Shown here piece by piece: positions 37,590 through 50,000 of a stretch of DNA of 64,000 nucleotides. A model generated the notes under the pieces. It searched no databases. It was not told the DNA's origin and saw only the letters and a program-made list of their open reading frames with translations. This stretch comes from a bacterium. GTDB taxonomy: Bacteria > Zhuqueibacterota > Zhuqueibacteria > Residuimicrobiales > Krinioviventaceae. The first letter of the stretch is position 1; every line of letters starts with the position of its first letter. Position numbers and translations under genes: made by a program. The DNA lies in assembly GCA_963675755.2 (NCBI GenBank), contig CAXXMD010000003.1, positions 2,240,001-2,304,000 on the forward strand. Direction: 5' to 3'.

Positions 37590-40500
37590 CTACAAATCCG
37601 CACCAAGTGACCATAATACAAAGGCACTATCTTCGGTGCGATAGAAATCGGTGGGCCAGGCAAGATCCATCCTTAGCAAAAAGATACCAAGGTTGAGGCG
37701 AACGCCAAAACCAAAGCTTGCAAAAGCATCTTTGGTCATTACCAGACCATTAGGAGCTTTAACAAAAGGTTTCAATCCATCAGGATTTCCCTTGTCCCAG
37801 GCGTAACCAATATCGGTAAACAATGCGCCGCCCACATTGCTGAAATAGATGGGTAGAGGAAAGCCCATAAGAATTTGACGGATTAGCGGGAAACGGAATT
37901 CAAAGTTAGTTAAGAAATAGCGGTTACCCACCAGTTCATAATATTGTGCGCCGCGTAGCGGCATTTCAAATGATGCAAAATAAATGTCTTCAACATGTTC
38001 AATACGCAGGCCGCCCTGGTAATCATAATTGATCCAGTTGGGCAGGCCGCCTAGAAAGAATTTTTGTGGATGCATACCCATACTCATACCACCGGATCCA
38101 CGTATGGCAAATATATAATCTCTTTTTACTCGAAAGTATTTTCTAAAATCGGTTCTCAATGTTGTAAAGCCAATTCCATCCTCTCCAAGTTTCGGGCTAT
38201 AAGTAACACCCGCAGAGTAACGAGTACCGTTTGATGGGCCGGTATATCCCCATACTGTAGTATCTTTTGTATAAGAAAGATTATTCAATACAAAGTAACG
38301 GTTCCTGGGTGATAAATATCCTAAACGGATAAGCTCATCTGCATATTCATCCGGCCAATCCAGATATTCACGATTAATGCCACTCAGTGACATTCCAAAG
38401 GTAATACGTCTGTATCTGTCAAAAGGATTGCTGAGAAAAAGACTCAAACCATAATAGCGGTCTCTGATCCAACCTGTGCCAGATGACCAGAAAAAGTAGG
38501 CATTATGATACGCGCTTGCACCAACATCCAGCCGGTTTGGCAGATAAAGATAAGTAAACTGATAATCCGCGTTGCGAAAATCGCCAAACAGATTGGCAGC
38601 TATATTTAGGCGATGGTCGCCCATAACATCAGAGAACATCATGGTGGTGTAACCCTGTGTTCCAAAAAACTGGTTATATCCTACGGAGCCATAAACCAGA
38701 TCTGGTGAAAATTCAATCTCATAAGGATTGACTTTGAAATCACCATCGGGTTCTGCGTATTCGACAGAATCCAGAAATACTTTTTCTTCTTCAATCTGTG
38801 AAACAAAACCATCTGCAAAATCTTCATCGAAAATAAAATTGCGATATTCCTGAGTCTGTGCGGTTTTTTCTTCCAGTTCTTCACCGGTATCTATATCGGT
38901 AATCAGGTCTTCTGGTGATTCTGTTTCTTTTTCTTCATGTAATTCTTTAACATACTGGGTTTCCTGAACAACAACATCGCCCGGTTTGATATCAAGCGGG
39001 TTTTTCATGATATAAATATCATACCCGGCATTGTAAAAAGAAGCAAAGGCTAACCGATTGGCCTCTCCACCCCAAGTGGGTGAGAAAACACCGGTAATGG
39101 CATTGGTAATGGGCCATTCTTCACCGGTTTCAAGGTCCATAACATAAATATTGTTGACGCCAGATTTGTCACTGGTAAACGCAATGTGTTTTCCGTCTGG
39201 TGCGTAAATAGGAACGCGTTCAATAAACGGACTTGATGCAACCAGTTGGATTTCAGAACCATCAGCATTCATTTCATAAATATTGTAATCTTTGATGTCA
39301 AAATCATGCGGTGTCAGATCTTCCGGATACTCATTCAGATATTCTCCTCTGTCACTGGCAAACAAGAGTTTGCTGCCATCTGGAGACCAGCTGGGTTCAA
39401 CGTTGCTGAAAAGATCATTTGTAATCTGACGGGTCTTTTTATCCTTGATGTTATATGCATAGATATCGCTTTGCCCTTTTTTAACACCCATAAAGGCAAT
39501 TTCATCACCTTTAGGGCTCCAGGAAGGATTGTAAATTCCATCAAACCCGAGTTCCAAAGATTTAACGATATCACCGGATCTAACATCTACAATATGCAAT
39601 GCATCCTGCGCACCGGATTTGGCAGAGAAAGCAATTTGTCTGTCATCGGGGCTCCATGAAAACGCCGGTCCTTTGAGCCAGTGTAATTCTTCCAGATTAC
39701 CAGCCCGTTGCCCGTGTACCAGTTTTTTCTCACGGTTTTCATCAATTGTGCTTGCCAGAAAAATGTCAAAATAATCATCTCTGTCAGACATGTAAACAAC
39801 CTTGTCACCACGATTGCTGATTGCGGGACTGGTATTGATAAAATTGCGTGCTTTTTGGTGATCGGTCCATTCTTTGGCAAACTCTTCGGGTTCCTGGCGA
39901 TCTGCAATATCGGGCCAGTATTTGCGTTTCAGGTACAAGTGCCAGCGTTCGGACAACTCTTCCTGATCAATACCAATAGCTTCTTTTAAACCGCCTTGCA
40001 TACTTTTGGTCAATTTAATTTTTCCCAAAAGCTCACCAATCTTTTCATCTCCATAACGATCAGCAATATATTTCAGTACTGACTGGCCGCCTTTATAAGC
40101 CATAAAGGCATACAGGTATTCTACCGGGGGAACATAACCGTTAACAGTGGCATCGCGCATAAACATATCGCTTTCAATATCCCAACCACGGCTCTCATAT
40201 TCTGCAAGTCCTTCAATGAACCACAGGGGCATTTGCATTTGTGTAAGTCCGGTGATAATAGACTGGGCCCCAGCGCCATATACCATTTGCAGCATTATAG
40301 CGTGGGTCAATTCGTGATGAATAACATGGCGAAATTTTTCCCATTCACCTTCATAGGGAATAACGACACGGTTTTTAAAAAATTCTGTAAAACCTCCAAC
40401 CGATTCTTCAGAGGGGCTAAGGTCAACATTAGTTTGTCCAAAATCATTATGGCTGTTATATACAATTATTTTAATACGGTCAACGAGATCATAACGGAAA

Positions 40501-40721
40501 TCCTTACGTAGCATTTGGTAGCTTTTTTCAGCCGTTTGCGCTACATAAGAGGCTACACCGTTACCCCCTTCAGTAAAATAAACATCAAAATGTTCAGATT
40601 GTATATAAAACCATTCAAAATCTTTATATTGGACTTTATTTTTACCAAAATACTGGGCATGCAATGGAATTTGAGACAAAAGCATAATGCCCAATAGTAA
40701 ATATAAAAATTTGATCCTCAT
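37590..40721 (-). CDS. Peptidase-MA-like / PD40 beta-propeller / Omp85 (BamA-like) fusion outer-membrane protein
   Basis: SD AAGGAG and ATG at 40721; QYFGKNKVQY, HELTH...WFIEGLAEY, WSPDG repeats, FFLGG, PLRG, NFEFRFP, GFGVR. Confidence 0.88.
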   Translation of the reverse strand: MRIKFLYLLLGIMLLSQIPLHAQYFGKNKVQYKDFEWFYIQSEHFDVYFTEGGNGVASYVAQTAEKSYQMLRKDFRYDLVDRIKIIVYNSHNDFGQTNVDLSPSEESVGGFTEFFKNRVVIPYEGEWEKFRHVIHHELTHAIMLQMVYGAGAQSIITGLTQMQMPLWFIEGLAEYESRGWDIESDMFMRDATVNGYVPPVEYLYAFMAYKGGQSVLKYIADRYGDEKIGELLGKIKLTKSMQGGLKEAIGIDQEELSERWHLYLKRKYWPDIADRQEPEEFAKEWTDHQKARNFINTSPAISNRGDKVVYMSDRDDYFDIFLASTIDENREKKLVHGQRAGNLEELHWLKGPAFSWSPDDRQIAFSAKSGAQDALHIVDVRSGDIVKSLELGFDGIYNPSWSPKGDEIAFMGVKKGQSDIYAYNIKDKKTRQITNDLFSNVEPSWSPDGSKLLFASDRGEYLNEYPEDLTPHDFDIKDYNIYEMNADGSEIQLVASSPFIERVPIYAPDGKHIAFTSDKSGVNNIYVMDLETGEEWPITNAITGVFSPTWGGEANRLAFASFYNAGYDIYIMKNPLDIKPGDVVVQETQYVKELHEEKETESPEDLITDIDTGEELEEKTAQTQEYRNFIFDEDFADGFVSQIEEEKVFLDSVEYAEPDGDFKVNPYEIEFSPDLVYGSVGYNQFFGTQGYTTMMFSDVMGDHRLNIAANLFGDFRNADYQFTYLYLPNRLDVGASAYHNAYFFWSSGTGWIRDRYYGLSLFLSNPFDRYRRITFGMSLSGINREYLDWPDEYADELIRLGYLSPRNRYFVLNNLSYTKDTTVWGYTGPSNGTRYSAGVTYSPKLGEDGIGFTTLRTDFRKYFRVKRDYIFAIRGSGGMSMGMHPQKFFLGGLPNWINYDYQGGLRIEHVEDIYFASFEMPLRGAQYYELVGNRYFLTNFEFRFPLIRQILMGFPLPIYFSNVGGALFTDIGYAWDKGNPDGLKPFVKAPNGLVMTKDAFASFGFGVRLNLGIFLLRMDLAWPTDFYRTEDSAFVLWSLGADL

Positions 40722-40857
40722 GATTTTCTCCTTTAACTCACCCAAAATCGTCTCCATGAAAACATTGAGCACAATTTATGTAAACAATTATTTTACTAAA
40801 ATATAGCCTGAAAATCAAGGTAAAACTCTGTAAATACCTGACTTGGTCCTTTAGTAT

Positions 40858-40885
40858 CAACGAATAAAAGTTTTTCAATGTTCCC
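40858..40885 (-). promoter_or_regulatory. ECF (SigR/SigH-like) promoter candidate
   Basis: GGGAAC-N18-GTTG. Confidence 0.5.
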
Positions 40886-41222
40886 ACATTCTTTTAAAAA
40901 TTATACAATTGCTCCATTATATTAGATGCATTAACCTTGAATATTGTTTACAAATAATCAAGTTGGAGAAAAATAAATATAACTTGAATTCTGCTTTGGT
41001 AATGCTTTGAGTACTTTATTGTAATACATTCCCCCGGAAATATTCAGTAAACTGGAATGCCAAAGAATCTGTATCCGTTTAATCTAGAGTGAAGATTCTG
41101 CTTAAATTAATAAATTGCGTTAATTGTTGTAAATACATATGATTAAGGGATTTGAATTTATGTTTTTTTGCCTGTATAGAAACAGACTCTGAATTATGAT
41201 TATTTCTAGATAAAAATGCTTA

Positions 41223-41238
41223 CGGCTGGATTTTTGCA
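41223..41238 (+). promoter_or_regulatory. Sigma54-type -24/-12 element
   Basis: CGGCTGGATTTTTGCA, GG-N10-GC, about 95 nt before the start codon. Confidence 0.5.
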
Positions 41239-41332
41239 ACAAGTTTGGGCGCACTAGTATGTGGACCGATAAATATGGAACAGAAAATAATGTTGGGTGT
41301 TAAGCACCCGTTGAATATCCGGGAGGTATAAA

Positions 41333-43789
41333 TTGAATTCTACACGAAGACATTTTATCAAGAATGTAGTTGTGGGTTTGGGCGCGCTTGCTTTGGCATG
41401 CGAAACGGATCCGGTTTCTACTAAAAAGGTTGTCATTGTGCAGAGTGTGGTAACCGGTTCAAACTCTACTACAGGAGTTAAACCGGTGGGTGAAACGGCA
41501 ACAATTAAGTTTAGTGGTTCTGTGAGTAATGTTAGCACAGATACCGTATATATTGAAGATACTGGGGGTACAGTTATAACGGGCCATGAGGTCAAAATAG
41601 ACAGCGAAACCCAGTGTACTGTAACTTTTCCCACATTAACACCAGCCAGCGAATATCGTCTGGTTGTTGATGGTGTAACTACTGTTGAAGGAGACCTGAT
41701 AGACGGTGACAATGACGGAAGATCCGGCGGTAAATACAAAATCAATATTACCGTTGTGCCTGCAACATCAGTTACGCATGTTTATAATCTGGTAGACAAT
41801 GTCATTGAAAATGTATACATCCATCTGCAGGTCAGTAATGCATTGGATGTTTCTACCATTACACTGGCAAATGTTCGTTTGGTTGAAAAAGCGAACAACA
41901 GTAATGTTACCATTTCGGTAGTTTACGATGAAACCAAAAAAGAGATCCAGTTGTACGCTGCATCTTTAGCCTATGGTAAAGAATACCAGATCAAAATTTC
42001 TGAAAATGTTAAAGATGAATGGGGATTTTCGCTGGATGGCGATAATGATAATTTGCCAGGTGGTGAATTTGTTTACGAATTTATTACCACAGCGAATCCT
42101 GATAATGATCCACCTATTCTGACAGATTTGAATCCCATAGACGGTTCTTTGGGTGTGGATATTAATACTACAATCTTTGCAGTATTTAATGAAAAGCTGA
42201 ACAGTACAGGGATTGCTGAAAAGATATTTTTAACTGATTCTACGGGAACCCGTGTACAGGGTGGAGTTAGTTATGATTCCGGTTTAAGCACTCTGCAATT
42301 TATCCCTGAGAGTGTTTTGGATCCCAGTACGATTTACACGGTTCATTTAACCGGTTTACAGGACCTTGCCGGGAATGATTTTAATGATGGGCAGGAATAT
42401 ACCTGGAGTTTTACTACTGAAGTGGATGCCGGTTCACAAATACCAGATGCGGTTAGCGAGCTAAACGCTGTTACTGGAACAAATCCTGGAGAGGTTATTC
42501 TAAGCTGGACGGTTCCTGCGGATAAAACCAGTGATGGTAAATCTGCAGTAGGCACTGAACTGCGTTTTGATATTTTTAGAGACCTTGAACCCATTTCGAA
42601 TGAAGGCAGCATTACCAAAGCAGAGTTGATTGAAGCTGATTATCAACCGGGTGTTGCAACCGGCGGTCTGGTGCAATTGGTTGTTGACAATCCGGAAAGC
42701 GCTCAAACGTATTACTATGCCATTAGGGTAATTGATGTGGATGATAACGAGTCCCAGTTTACTTCAAGCCCGGCTGTTCAGAGCAAAGGTTATCCCATGC
42801 AGTTAAAGCTGGTGGATGGTGTTTTATATGAACGGAACGGTGCAAGTGCAAATCTGCAAGTTTGGGATGGTGTTAAAATCCTTCAAAATTCGAGACAAAT
42901 TGGCATGAGTGATGAAAACGGTCTTGCGCAATTTGAAGCCGCAAGTGATACAGGCAGTATCACGATTGGTGATGAAAACAGCGCCATTGTACCGGTATTT
43001 TTGCCCTATACTTTACAATCGGGTGAAATGAATTCAGCGTTTGTTGTACCACTCTATGATAAAGAAACGATTCTTTTGGAAGAATTGATAAAGGTAATGA
43101 ATCCCAATGTTCAGGACCCAGTTGGCGAGTCTAGCTTTGCCTATTTGATGAAATGGGCCAACAGTGTAACCCAGGCGGGAAATGGTCAAGAGCGAATTGT
43201 GCCCTTGAGTATTTTGGGAATGGCAAGTGAAAATCAACAAACAACAAGTGATTTGATTGATAATGTCAATACCTGGATTGCACTTGCTACGCGAAATAAA
43301 CTCCGTGTGCAAACCCTGACTGAAGCAACGCAAATAGACAGAACTATTACAGTTGAAGAAGATGAAACCGGTTACGAGTATCTATTTTTAAATAATGATG
43401 CCGAAACAGGTCTGTTGTGGACCCAATCTAAAGCAGCGTTTAACCGACCAGATTCTGCCGAGACAGATGGTAATCCTCATACTTCTGCCGGACCGCATGA
43501 GGTTTCAAAGGGGTTGGTTGTAACTCAAGATACCTTGGACAGTAAACGGGTTTTTACCCAGTTTTGGCGTGCGTTGATGAATATGTTTGGACAATTGGAT
43601 GAAAGCCAGTGGGACCAAACTGTATTAAACGACGAGTATGATACTAGCGAGTTTATGAACAAGATCACGTATCGCGGCATTTCTAACCAATATTACCTCG
43701 AAGAGATCGTTGCCTCTGTATATGAATTGCCGGTAGGGGCAAAGGTTTCTAAATCTATAATCAATCTTCCTTTACAATTATTTTCATAA
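41333..43789 (+). CDS. Tat-signal lipoprotein with three SbsA/Big_5-like Ig domains, an FN3-like domain and an unrecognised C-terminal region
   Basis: SD GGGAGG and TTG; STRRHFIK plus LALAC; LTPASEYRL, DGDNDG twice, FNEKLN, LQDLAGN...YTWSFTT; VILSWTVP...TYYYAIRV.D. Confidence 0.85.
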   Translation: MNSTRRHFIKNVVVGLGALALACETDPVSTKKVVIVQSVVTGSNSTTGVKPVGETATIKFSGSVSNVSTDTVYIEDTGGTVITGHEVKIDSETQCTVTFPTLTPASEYRLVVDGVTTVEGDLIDGDNDGRSGGKYKINITVVPATSVTHVYNLVDNVIENVYIHLQVSNALDVSTITLANVRLVEKANNSNVTISVVYDETKKEIQLYAASLAYGKEYQIKISENVKDEWGFSLDGDNDNLPGGEFVYEFITTANPDNDPPILTDLNPIDGSLGVDINTTIFAVFNEKLNSTGIAEKIFLTDSTGTRVQGGVSYDSGLSTLQFIPESVLDPSTIYTVHLTGLQDLAGNDFNDGQEYTWSFTTEVDAGSQIPDAVSELNAVTGTNPGEVILSWTVPADKTSDGKSAVGTELRFDIFRDLEPISNEGSITKAELIEADYQPGVATGGLVQLVVDNPESAQTYYYAIRVIDVDDNESQFTSSPAVQSKGYPMQLKLVDGVLYERNGASANLQVWDGVKILQNSRQIGMSDENGLAQFEAASDTGSITIGDENSAIVPVFLPYTLQSGEMNSAFVVPLYDKETILLEELIKVMNPNVQDPVGESSFAYLMKWANSVTQAGNGQERIVPLSILGMASENQQTTSDLIDNVNTWIALATRNKLRVQTLTEATQIDRTITVEEDETGYEYLFLNNDAETGLLWTQSKAAFNRPDSAETDGNPHTSAGPHEVSKGLVVTQDTLDSKRVFTQFWRALMNMFGQLDESQWDQTVLNDEYDTSEFMNKITYRGISNQYYLEEIVASVYELPVGAKVSKSIINLPLQLFS

Positions 43790-43801
43790 AAACGAACCTT
43801 T

Positions 43802-43834
43802 AGGGACCTGGTGCTATTTACAGGTCCCTTTTTT
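43802..43834 (+). terminator. Intrinsic terminator
   Basis: AGGGACCTG/CAGGTCCCT stem followed by a T-run. Confidence 0.8.
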
Positions 43835-43839
43835 ATTTT

Positions 43840-43855
43840 TGGCATGAATTTGGCT
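43840..43855 (+). promoter_or_regulatory. Sigma54-type -24/-12 element
   Basis: TGGCATGAATTTGGCT, GG-N10-GC. Confidence 0.5.
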
Positions 43856-44023
43856 TGATATAGCATGCCAGGACGAAATAATGAAAACTGCAACTCCGAA
43901 AGCTGATGTAAGTTTTTGTTTGTATTGAATTTGTGCGTTTCTGCCTGGTGCTTAAAATAAAGGTCAAGATATTTTTTACCTGTTAATTGAAATAATTTAA
44001 TGTGACATCAAAGGAACAGTTGA

Positions 44024-47000
44024 ATGATTAGGCTTGGAAAGTATATCAATATAATATTCGTTCTATTAATTGCAGTAACTGCGGGGTTTGGTGCTGACCG
44101 GATCACAGATATTCAATATCCGTTAATGGGTCGTCCAACTATAGTCAAAGCCGGAGATTCATTTATTATAACCAGTAAGGGTAGCAGTAGTTCTTCTAAC
44201 TGGTCGGTACGTATTTACACACCCTATAATTCAGTAAATTTAAATAATAATGCCAGCTGGAACGAAACTAAACGTCGTTGGACCATAACCGCCACAGTTC
44301 CTGCAAATACTCCTTTTGAATTATATGATCTTCAGGTAACGGCATCGGATGTTAATGATGTTACTGTACATGCTGTAAAAGTTATCTCTGAATATAAAGA
44401 TTCTTATTATTTTGTTCATTTACCTGATCTTCATTTACCTTCAGTTAGCTGGATTGGTTATTATGATGATAGCAATACCATTCCAGAGTTTTTAAAGATC
44501 ATGAATGAAATTTCTATCATTAATCCGGAATTTGTTTTGCAGACTGGCGATCTGGTAGACAATGGGCAGGTAGAAGATCAGTATGAACTGGCCCAGGAAT
44601 TGGTTTCCGCAAGTCAGGCTCCTGTATTTTTTACTGGTGGTAACCACGATCTCTGGTATGACGGACACCGATACTGGAAGCGTTACATTAGCCCAACTAT
44701 GGACTATAGCTTTAATTATGGAAGCCATCACTATGCCGGTTTAGAAATGTATGACATACCCACTGTAACGTTTACTGCGGACCAGATGGAATGGCTGCAG
44801 GACGATTTGCAGGAATCAATTGATGATGGTGATGCACTTCGAACCTTGTTTTACCATTATGACGAATCCCGACAGATTGATGATGATTTCGTAGATGATT
44901 TTATGGTTGATATGATTTTATATGGACATACACATATCAACGGTGAAAATACCCTGGGTTCACGCGCGGCATTGAACCTGAATACTTCATTTACCATGAA
45001 TAATAATGGACAATATCGTCTTGTCAAGGTTTCCGGTGACGAGGTGCAGTCATGGCCTTTACTGAAATTTAAAAATTTAAATGTTGATTATTCTCCTGCA
45101 AACGATGGCACAAACTGGCAGGTAACTGCATCAATACAAAATGACAACAATGTTGCGTTTGAAGATGCAATGATAAAATTTTATGTAGCGCATGATAATG
45201 CCGGTTATCAGGTAACAGGCGGTGATGTAGCACAGGTTATCACTTCATCACAGACTGATGTGTATTATGTAAATGTTTCTATTCCTGCCAATTCAGAGCA
45301 GCAGGTTGAAATTATTAGCAATTCCCCACCAGCCAACCGGCCGCCGTCAATAACAGCGGTTACACCCGGTTCAACAGATACATTGATTATTGCAGGTATT
45401 GACGCGGCATTCAGTGTAAGGGCATCAGACCCGGATAATAATTCACTTACCTATAGATGGTATGTTGATGGAAACCAGGTAAATGGTTCCGCAGCCAATT
45501 ATAATTACAAAGCCGATAAAAATTTTGTAGGTCATGTGGAACTTACTGTACGTGTTAGTGACGGATCGTATTATGATGATTATACCTGGCTGGTAGAGGT
45601 GGATGAATACACTGACCGTCCCCGTGTTACATCATCAACTTTGAATTTCTTTTTGCAAAATGAAGAAATGGTACTTGAATGGGTAGAACCTCAGCCCATA
45701 AATGCGCGTTTTGAATTTGGTTTACAACCCGGTTTTTATACCGGCTCGGTTGAAGAAAATGGCAATAACAGTGTTATTTTTACTCCTGAACTTGCAGGTA
45801 TGGGATTAGGTGTACATTACTGCCGTATTACGGATGGTGATGTTTCCAGTGATCCGTTTACGGTTATTATCGAGAGCCCCATAGCACCGCAAATGTTGAC
45901 TCCCATTGGTAATATTGAAGATTTGGCACCCATGTTTACATGGGACCGGGTTCCGGGTGTACCCTATTACATTGTTATCTGTTCGGATGAAGAGATTATA
46001 ATAGAAGAAGATCCTGAATCACGAGAGTTTACAGTAGAAGGCGCGAATCCCATCTGGTCTGTATTAACATCAGATAATAGTGTGCCATATGGTATGGCTG
46101 ATCCCAGCGGAACCTACACCAGTGTTCCCGCACCTTTGATCCCCGGAAGCAGCTACTGGTGGGTTGTATTGAATTGCTATGGTAATGCTGCCGAGTTGAC
46201 GTCTCCGGTCCAGTCTGGTATTTCCAAATTTACTATTGATTTACCTCCTCCAGACATTGATAAGCCTGTCTTAAAGAGTCCGGCAAACAATGTGGTACTT
46301 GATCAGGATATCATTACGTTTACCTGGGAAGCGGTCAGTGGTGCAAAAGCGTATCATTTTTATCCCTTCAAGATTGAAGAAGAATTTGGTATTGAAACCG
46401 CGCGCGCGGTTTGGCAATCTACAATCACTACTACAGAAACCCAGTATGATTACCCTGCCGGTGAGCAATTTATGAAAGGCAGGTATCGCTGGAAAGTGGC
46501 CGCGGTTGCAGAAAATGGATTAGAAGTTTTAAGTGATGGTCGTGATTTTGAATATGATGCACCGTCGGCGAAATTGTCGATTCATACATATGATAGTAAA
46601 AATACAGCTACAACATCGGATGATGTTGTGTTACCACGCGTAACGATTGTGTATGATGCCATAAATGGTATCCATAACGATATGCCCTTGTCTACGGATT
46701 TATACGGAAGTCGCCTGGATTACAACATTTCTCCAGGAGTTTACCAGTTTAAAATTACCAAAGAAGGATATGACACACGTTACGATACATTAACATTTGT
46801 TGCAGATCAATCCTATTCTGTTAACTATCGGTTAGCACCCAGTTTAAGTGCGGTTTCGGGCAGAGTTGTTGATGGTAACGGTTCGGCAATTAATGATGTT
46901 TCTGTAACTGCTCAACATGGTTTACATAGTGATATCAAGAAAATCACGTCTACTGATGCACAAGGATATTTTAGAGTTGCTGTTGCTCCCGGTCCTTATC

Positions 47001-50000
47001 TTATATATGCTAAAAAAACCGGATATCAATTGTCTGATACATTGAGTGTATCTGTTACAACCGGGCAGCAAAAAGAATTGAGCCAGAATCTTGTAATGGC
47101 CAAAAACGCAAACAAGGTTACCGGCAAAGTAGTAAACACCAGTCAGCAGCCAATTTATGGTGCACGTGTAGTCTTGAAAAATGGTGAAACATTTGAAACC
47201 ACAACAGATGCAAACGGGCAATTCAGTTTTTCAGTCCCGGATGCAACCTGGACATTAAATGCGGAAAAGCAAGGTTTTGTTTCTCCGGAACCTCGAACAC
47301 TCTCTACCAGTGGCGGTCAGACGATAACAGTCACCCCATCTCTTGTACTTGAATCGAATGCAGGCATTCTGCAGGGGCGCGCTACCGATGGTTCTCGTCA
47401 ATTGGAGAATGTTGTTATTAAAGCGTATCCGGTTTCGGGACAACCCTATCAGACAACGACAGACGCGTATGGTCAGTTTACCTTGAATGTTGTACAAGGC
47501 ACTTATTCCTTATCCGCTGAAAAAGAAGGCTATATTTCACCCGAGGCTATTCAGGCAACAGTATCCAGTGGACAGACAAAAAGTGGTATTGAATTTATTC
47601 TAAACCAAGCCACAAGCACAGTCAAGGGTAAGGTTACCATTGACGGTTATACACCACTTGCAGGAGCTTTGGTCTCCAATTCCGGCAAAAGCACAACAAC
47701 ATCCGATGGTGGTTATTTTGAATTGGGTATTTTGCCGGGTTCGCATATAATCAAAGCTGCCAAAGAAGGATATCTCAGTTCATCACCCGATACCATTTCT
47801 GTGGTTGCAGGTCAGGTATTGGATAATGTGAATTTTGTCTTGTCACCCAATGCGAGTGTGATTAAAGGAAAAATCACTTCGGGAGACGGGCTTGTTTATG
47901 ATGCTTTGGTTCAGGCTGTAAATTCTCATACCATTGAAACCAAAAGTGATCAGGATGGAAATTTTGTATTAAATCTGCAGGCAGGAACCTGGGATATAGT
48001 TGTTTCCAAATCCGGATTTGTAACACAGGAAAAGACATCTCAAATTGTAGGTACAAGCCAAACTCTGAATGATGTAGATTTTGATTTGCAACCCAACATT
48101 GCAACTATACAGGGTAGTGTAATTAATGCTCTGAATGGTGCTGCTATCAGTAATGCTGAAATTTCTATTCCAAGTGCAGGCTTGAATACCCGTTCAGCAA
48201 CCGATGGTTCATTTACGTTATCCATTGAACCCGGCAGCTATACAGTCTATACCGGCAAAACGGGATATCGTACTGTTGAGAAAACAACCGGCAGTATTGC
48301 GCTAAACGCTGTAAAAACGATGGAATTTCAACTTGAACAGTTGTCAAGCAGTTTCACAGGTAGTATTGTCGATGCACAAAGCAATCCTGTTGAAAATGCT
48401 ATAGTGTATGCTTCAAATTCTATAGATACATTTACCACTGTGAGTAAAACAGATGGTACCTATCGTCTGGATGTTAAGCCCGCAATGTATAATGTTTCTG
48501 CTGAAAAAAACGGATATAAACCGGTAACCGTTCAAAACCAGGCTTCTGTAGCAGAGAATGAAACAAAATCTTTGAATAATGCAACATTATTATCAGATAT
48601 GGGTAACATAACCGGAACAGTTTCAAGAGTGACTATTGATGCACCGGTAATTGCGGCACGTGTGACAGCAAAATCGCAAGATGGTTTTTTAATGCAGACT
48701 GAATCTGACAATAATGGTTATTTCTCTTTTCTGGACGAAAATGGTCAGCCTGCGTTGATCTCGGGAACTTATAATGTTCGTATTTCTAAAAATGGATTTA
48801 CACCGGATACATTATTCGATATTCATGTTGCTGGTGAACAAACCGTGGCAGTTGAAGCATATATATTAAAAAATGAAGGTGTGATTTCAGGCCAAGTTAA
48901 ATCTGATAAAGAATCTCTTGCGGATGTTACGGTTACTGCTCAAAAAGTGGGTACCGAGACTTTTTTTACAACCCTTAGTCAGGATGATGGCAGTTTTATC
49001 ATCAAGAACATTCCGTTAGGAACTTATAACGTTACAACTGCAAAGGCAGGTTTCTCAAGCCCTGCGGCAATTACAGTGGAGACCGGAACCACTCAAGATA
49101 TTATATTGACTGAAAACAAGGGTAGGCTCTCTGGTAAAGTAATAGATTCAGAGACCCACCAGGCTATTGCCGGCGTTCAGATTTCTGCAACGGATGGTCA
49201 TGGCAATTATGCCAGTGGCGTAACAGACGCGTCAGGTGCTTATGATTTTCAGAAACTGGCCCAGACTTTTGAATATACAATCAAATACAGTTACAACGGT
49301 TATTCTCAAAAAAGCCAGGCTGCTGTCAAGCTTTCCGAAGCTACGGTACTGGATGTAGAAATTGAAAAAATATATGGCAATATTACCGGTACCATAATGG
49401 ATGCCGCCGGCGCCAAATTACAGAGTGTGACCATTACTGCTCAAACAGCGGATAGTATTTATACTACGCTTTCGGATGATAATGGTGTATACAGCTTTAT
49501 TCATTTGCCTGCAGCACAATATACATTGTCTGCTTTCAAAGTGGGGTATGCAAGCGATCCTGTTCAACAGATTATAAGTTTGTGGCAGGGTGGAACCATA
49601 TCCTCTGTTGATTTTAAAATGACTGAAGCCATTGCGGCAGATTTAAAAATCATTGGTCCCGACCAGCTTAGTAACACGGTTATAGAGACTTATACTTTTT
49701 CAGCCAAAACTAATGATCAGCGTGAAGCCAGTATTGATCCGCAATGGTCTGTGGATTTTGCCGGTGGTCTTGATCAACTCGGCGATGATGGTTTGGTTGA
49801 TCCTTCTAATGATTTTGTAGGATCTTTGGTATTGACACTGACAGATGCTTTTACAGGCAAAGTTGCCACCAAAGCGATTTCCGTAACTCAATCGCTGGTG
49901 CCGGGCAATTCTGATCTGTCTGTCAGTAATAAAAAAGGTGTACAGTTGTTTATTGCTGACAGTTGTGTAACCCAAAACGCGGTTCTGCAGCTTCGCAAAC

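Noticed and set aside
46850-49620. Recent DNA-level tandem duplication or diversity-generating repeats in the giant gene
   Set aside because: The repeats are visible only at protein level and are highly diverged; no reverse transcriptase or template/variable repeat pair was seen.
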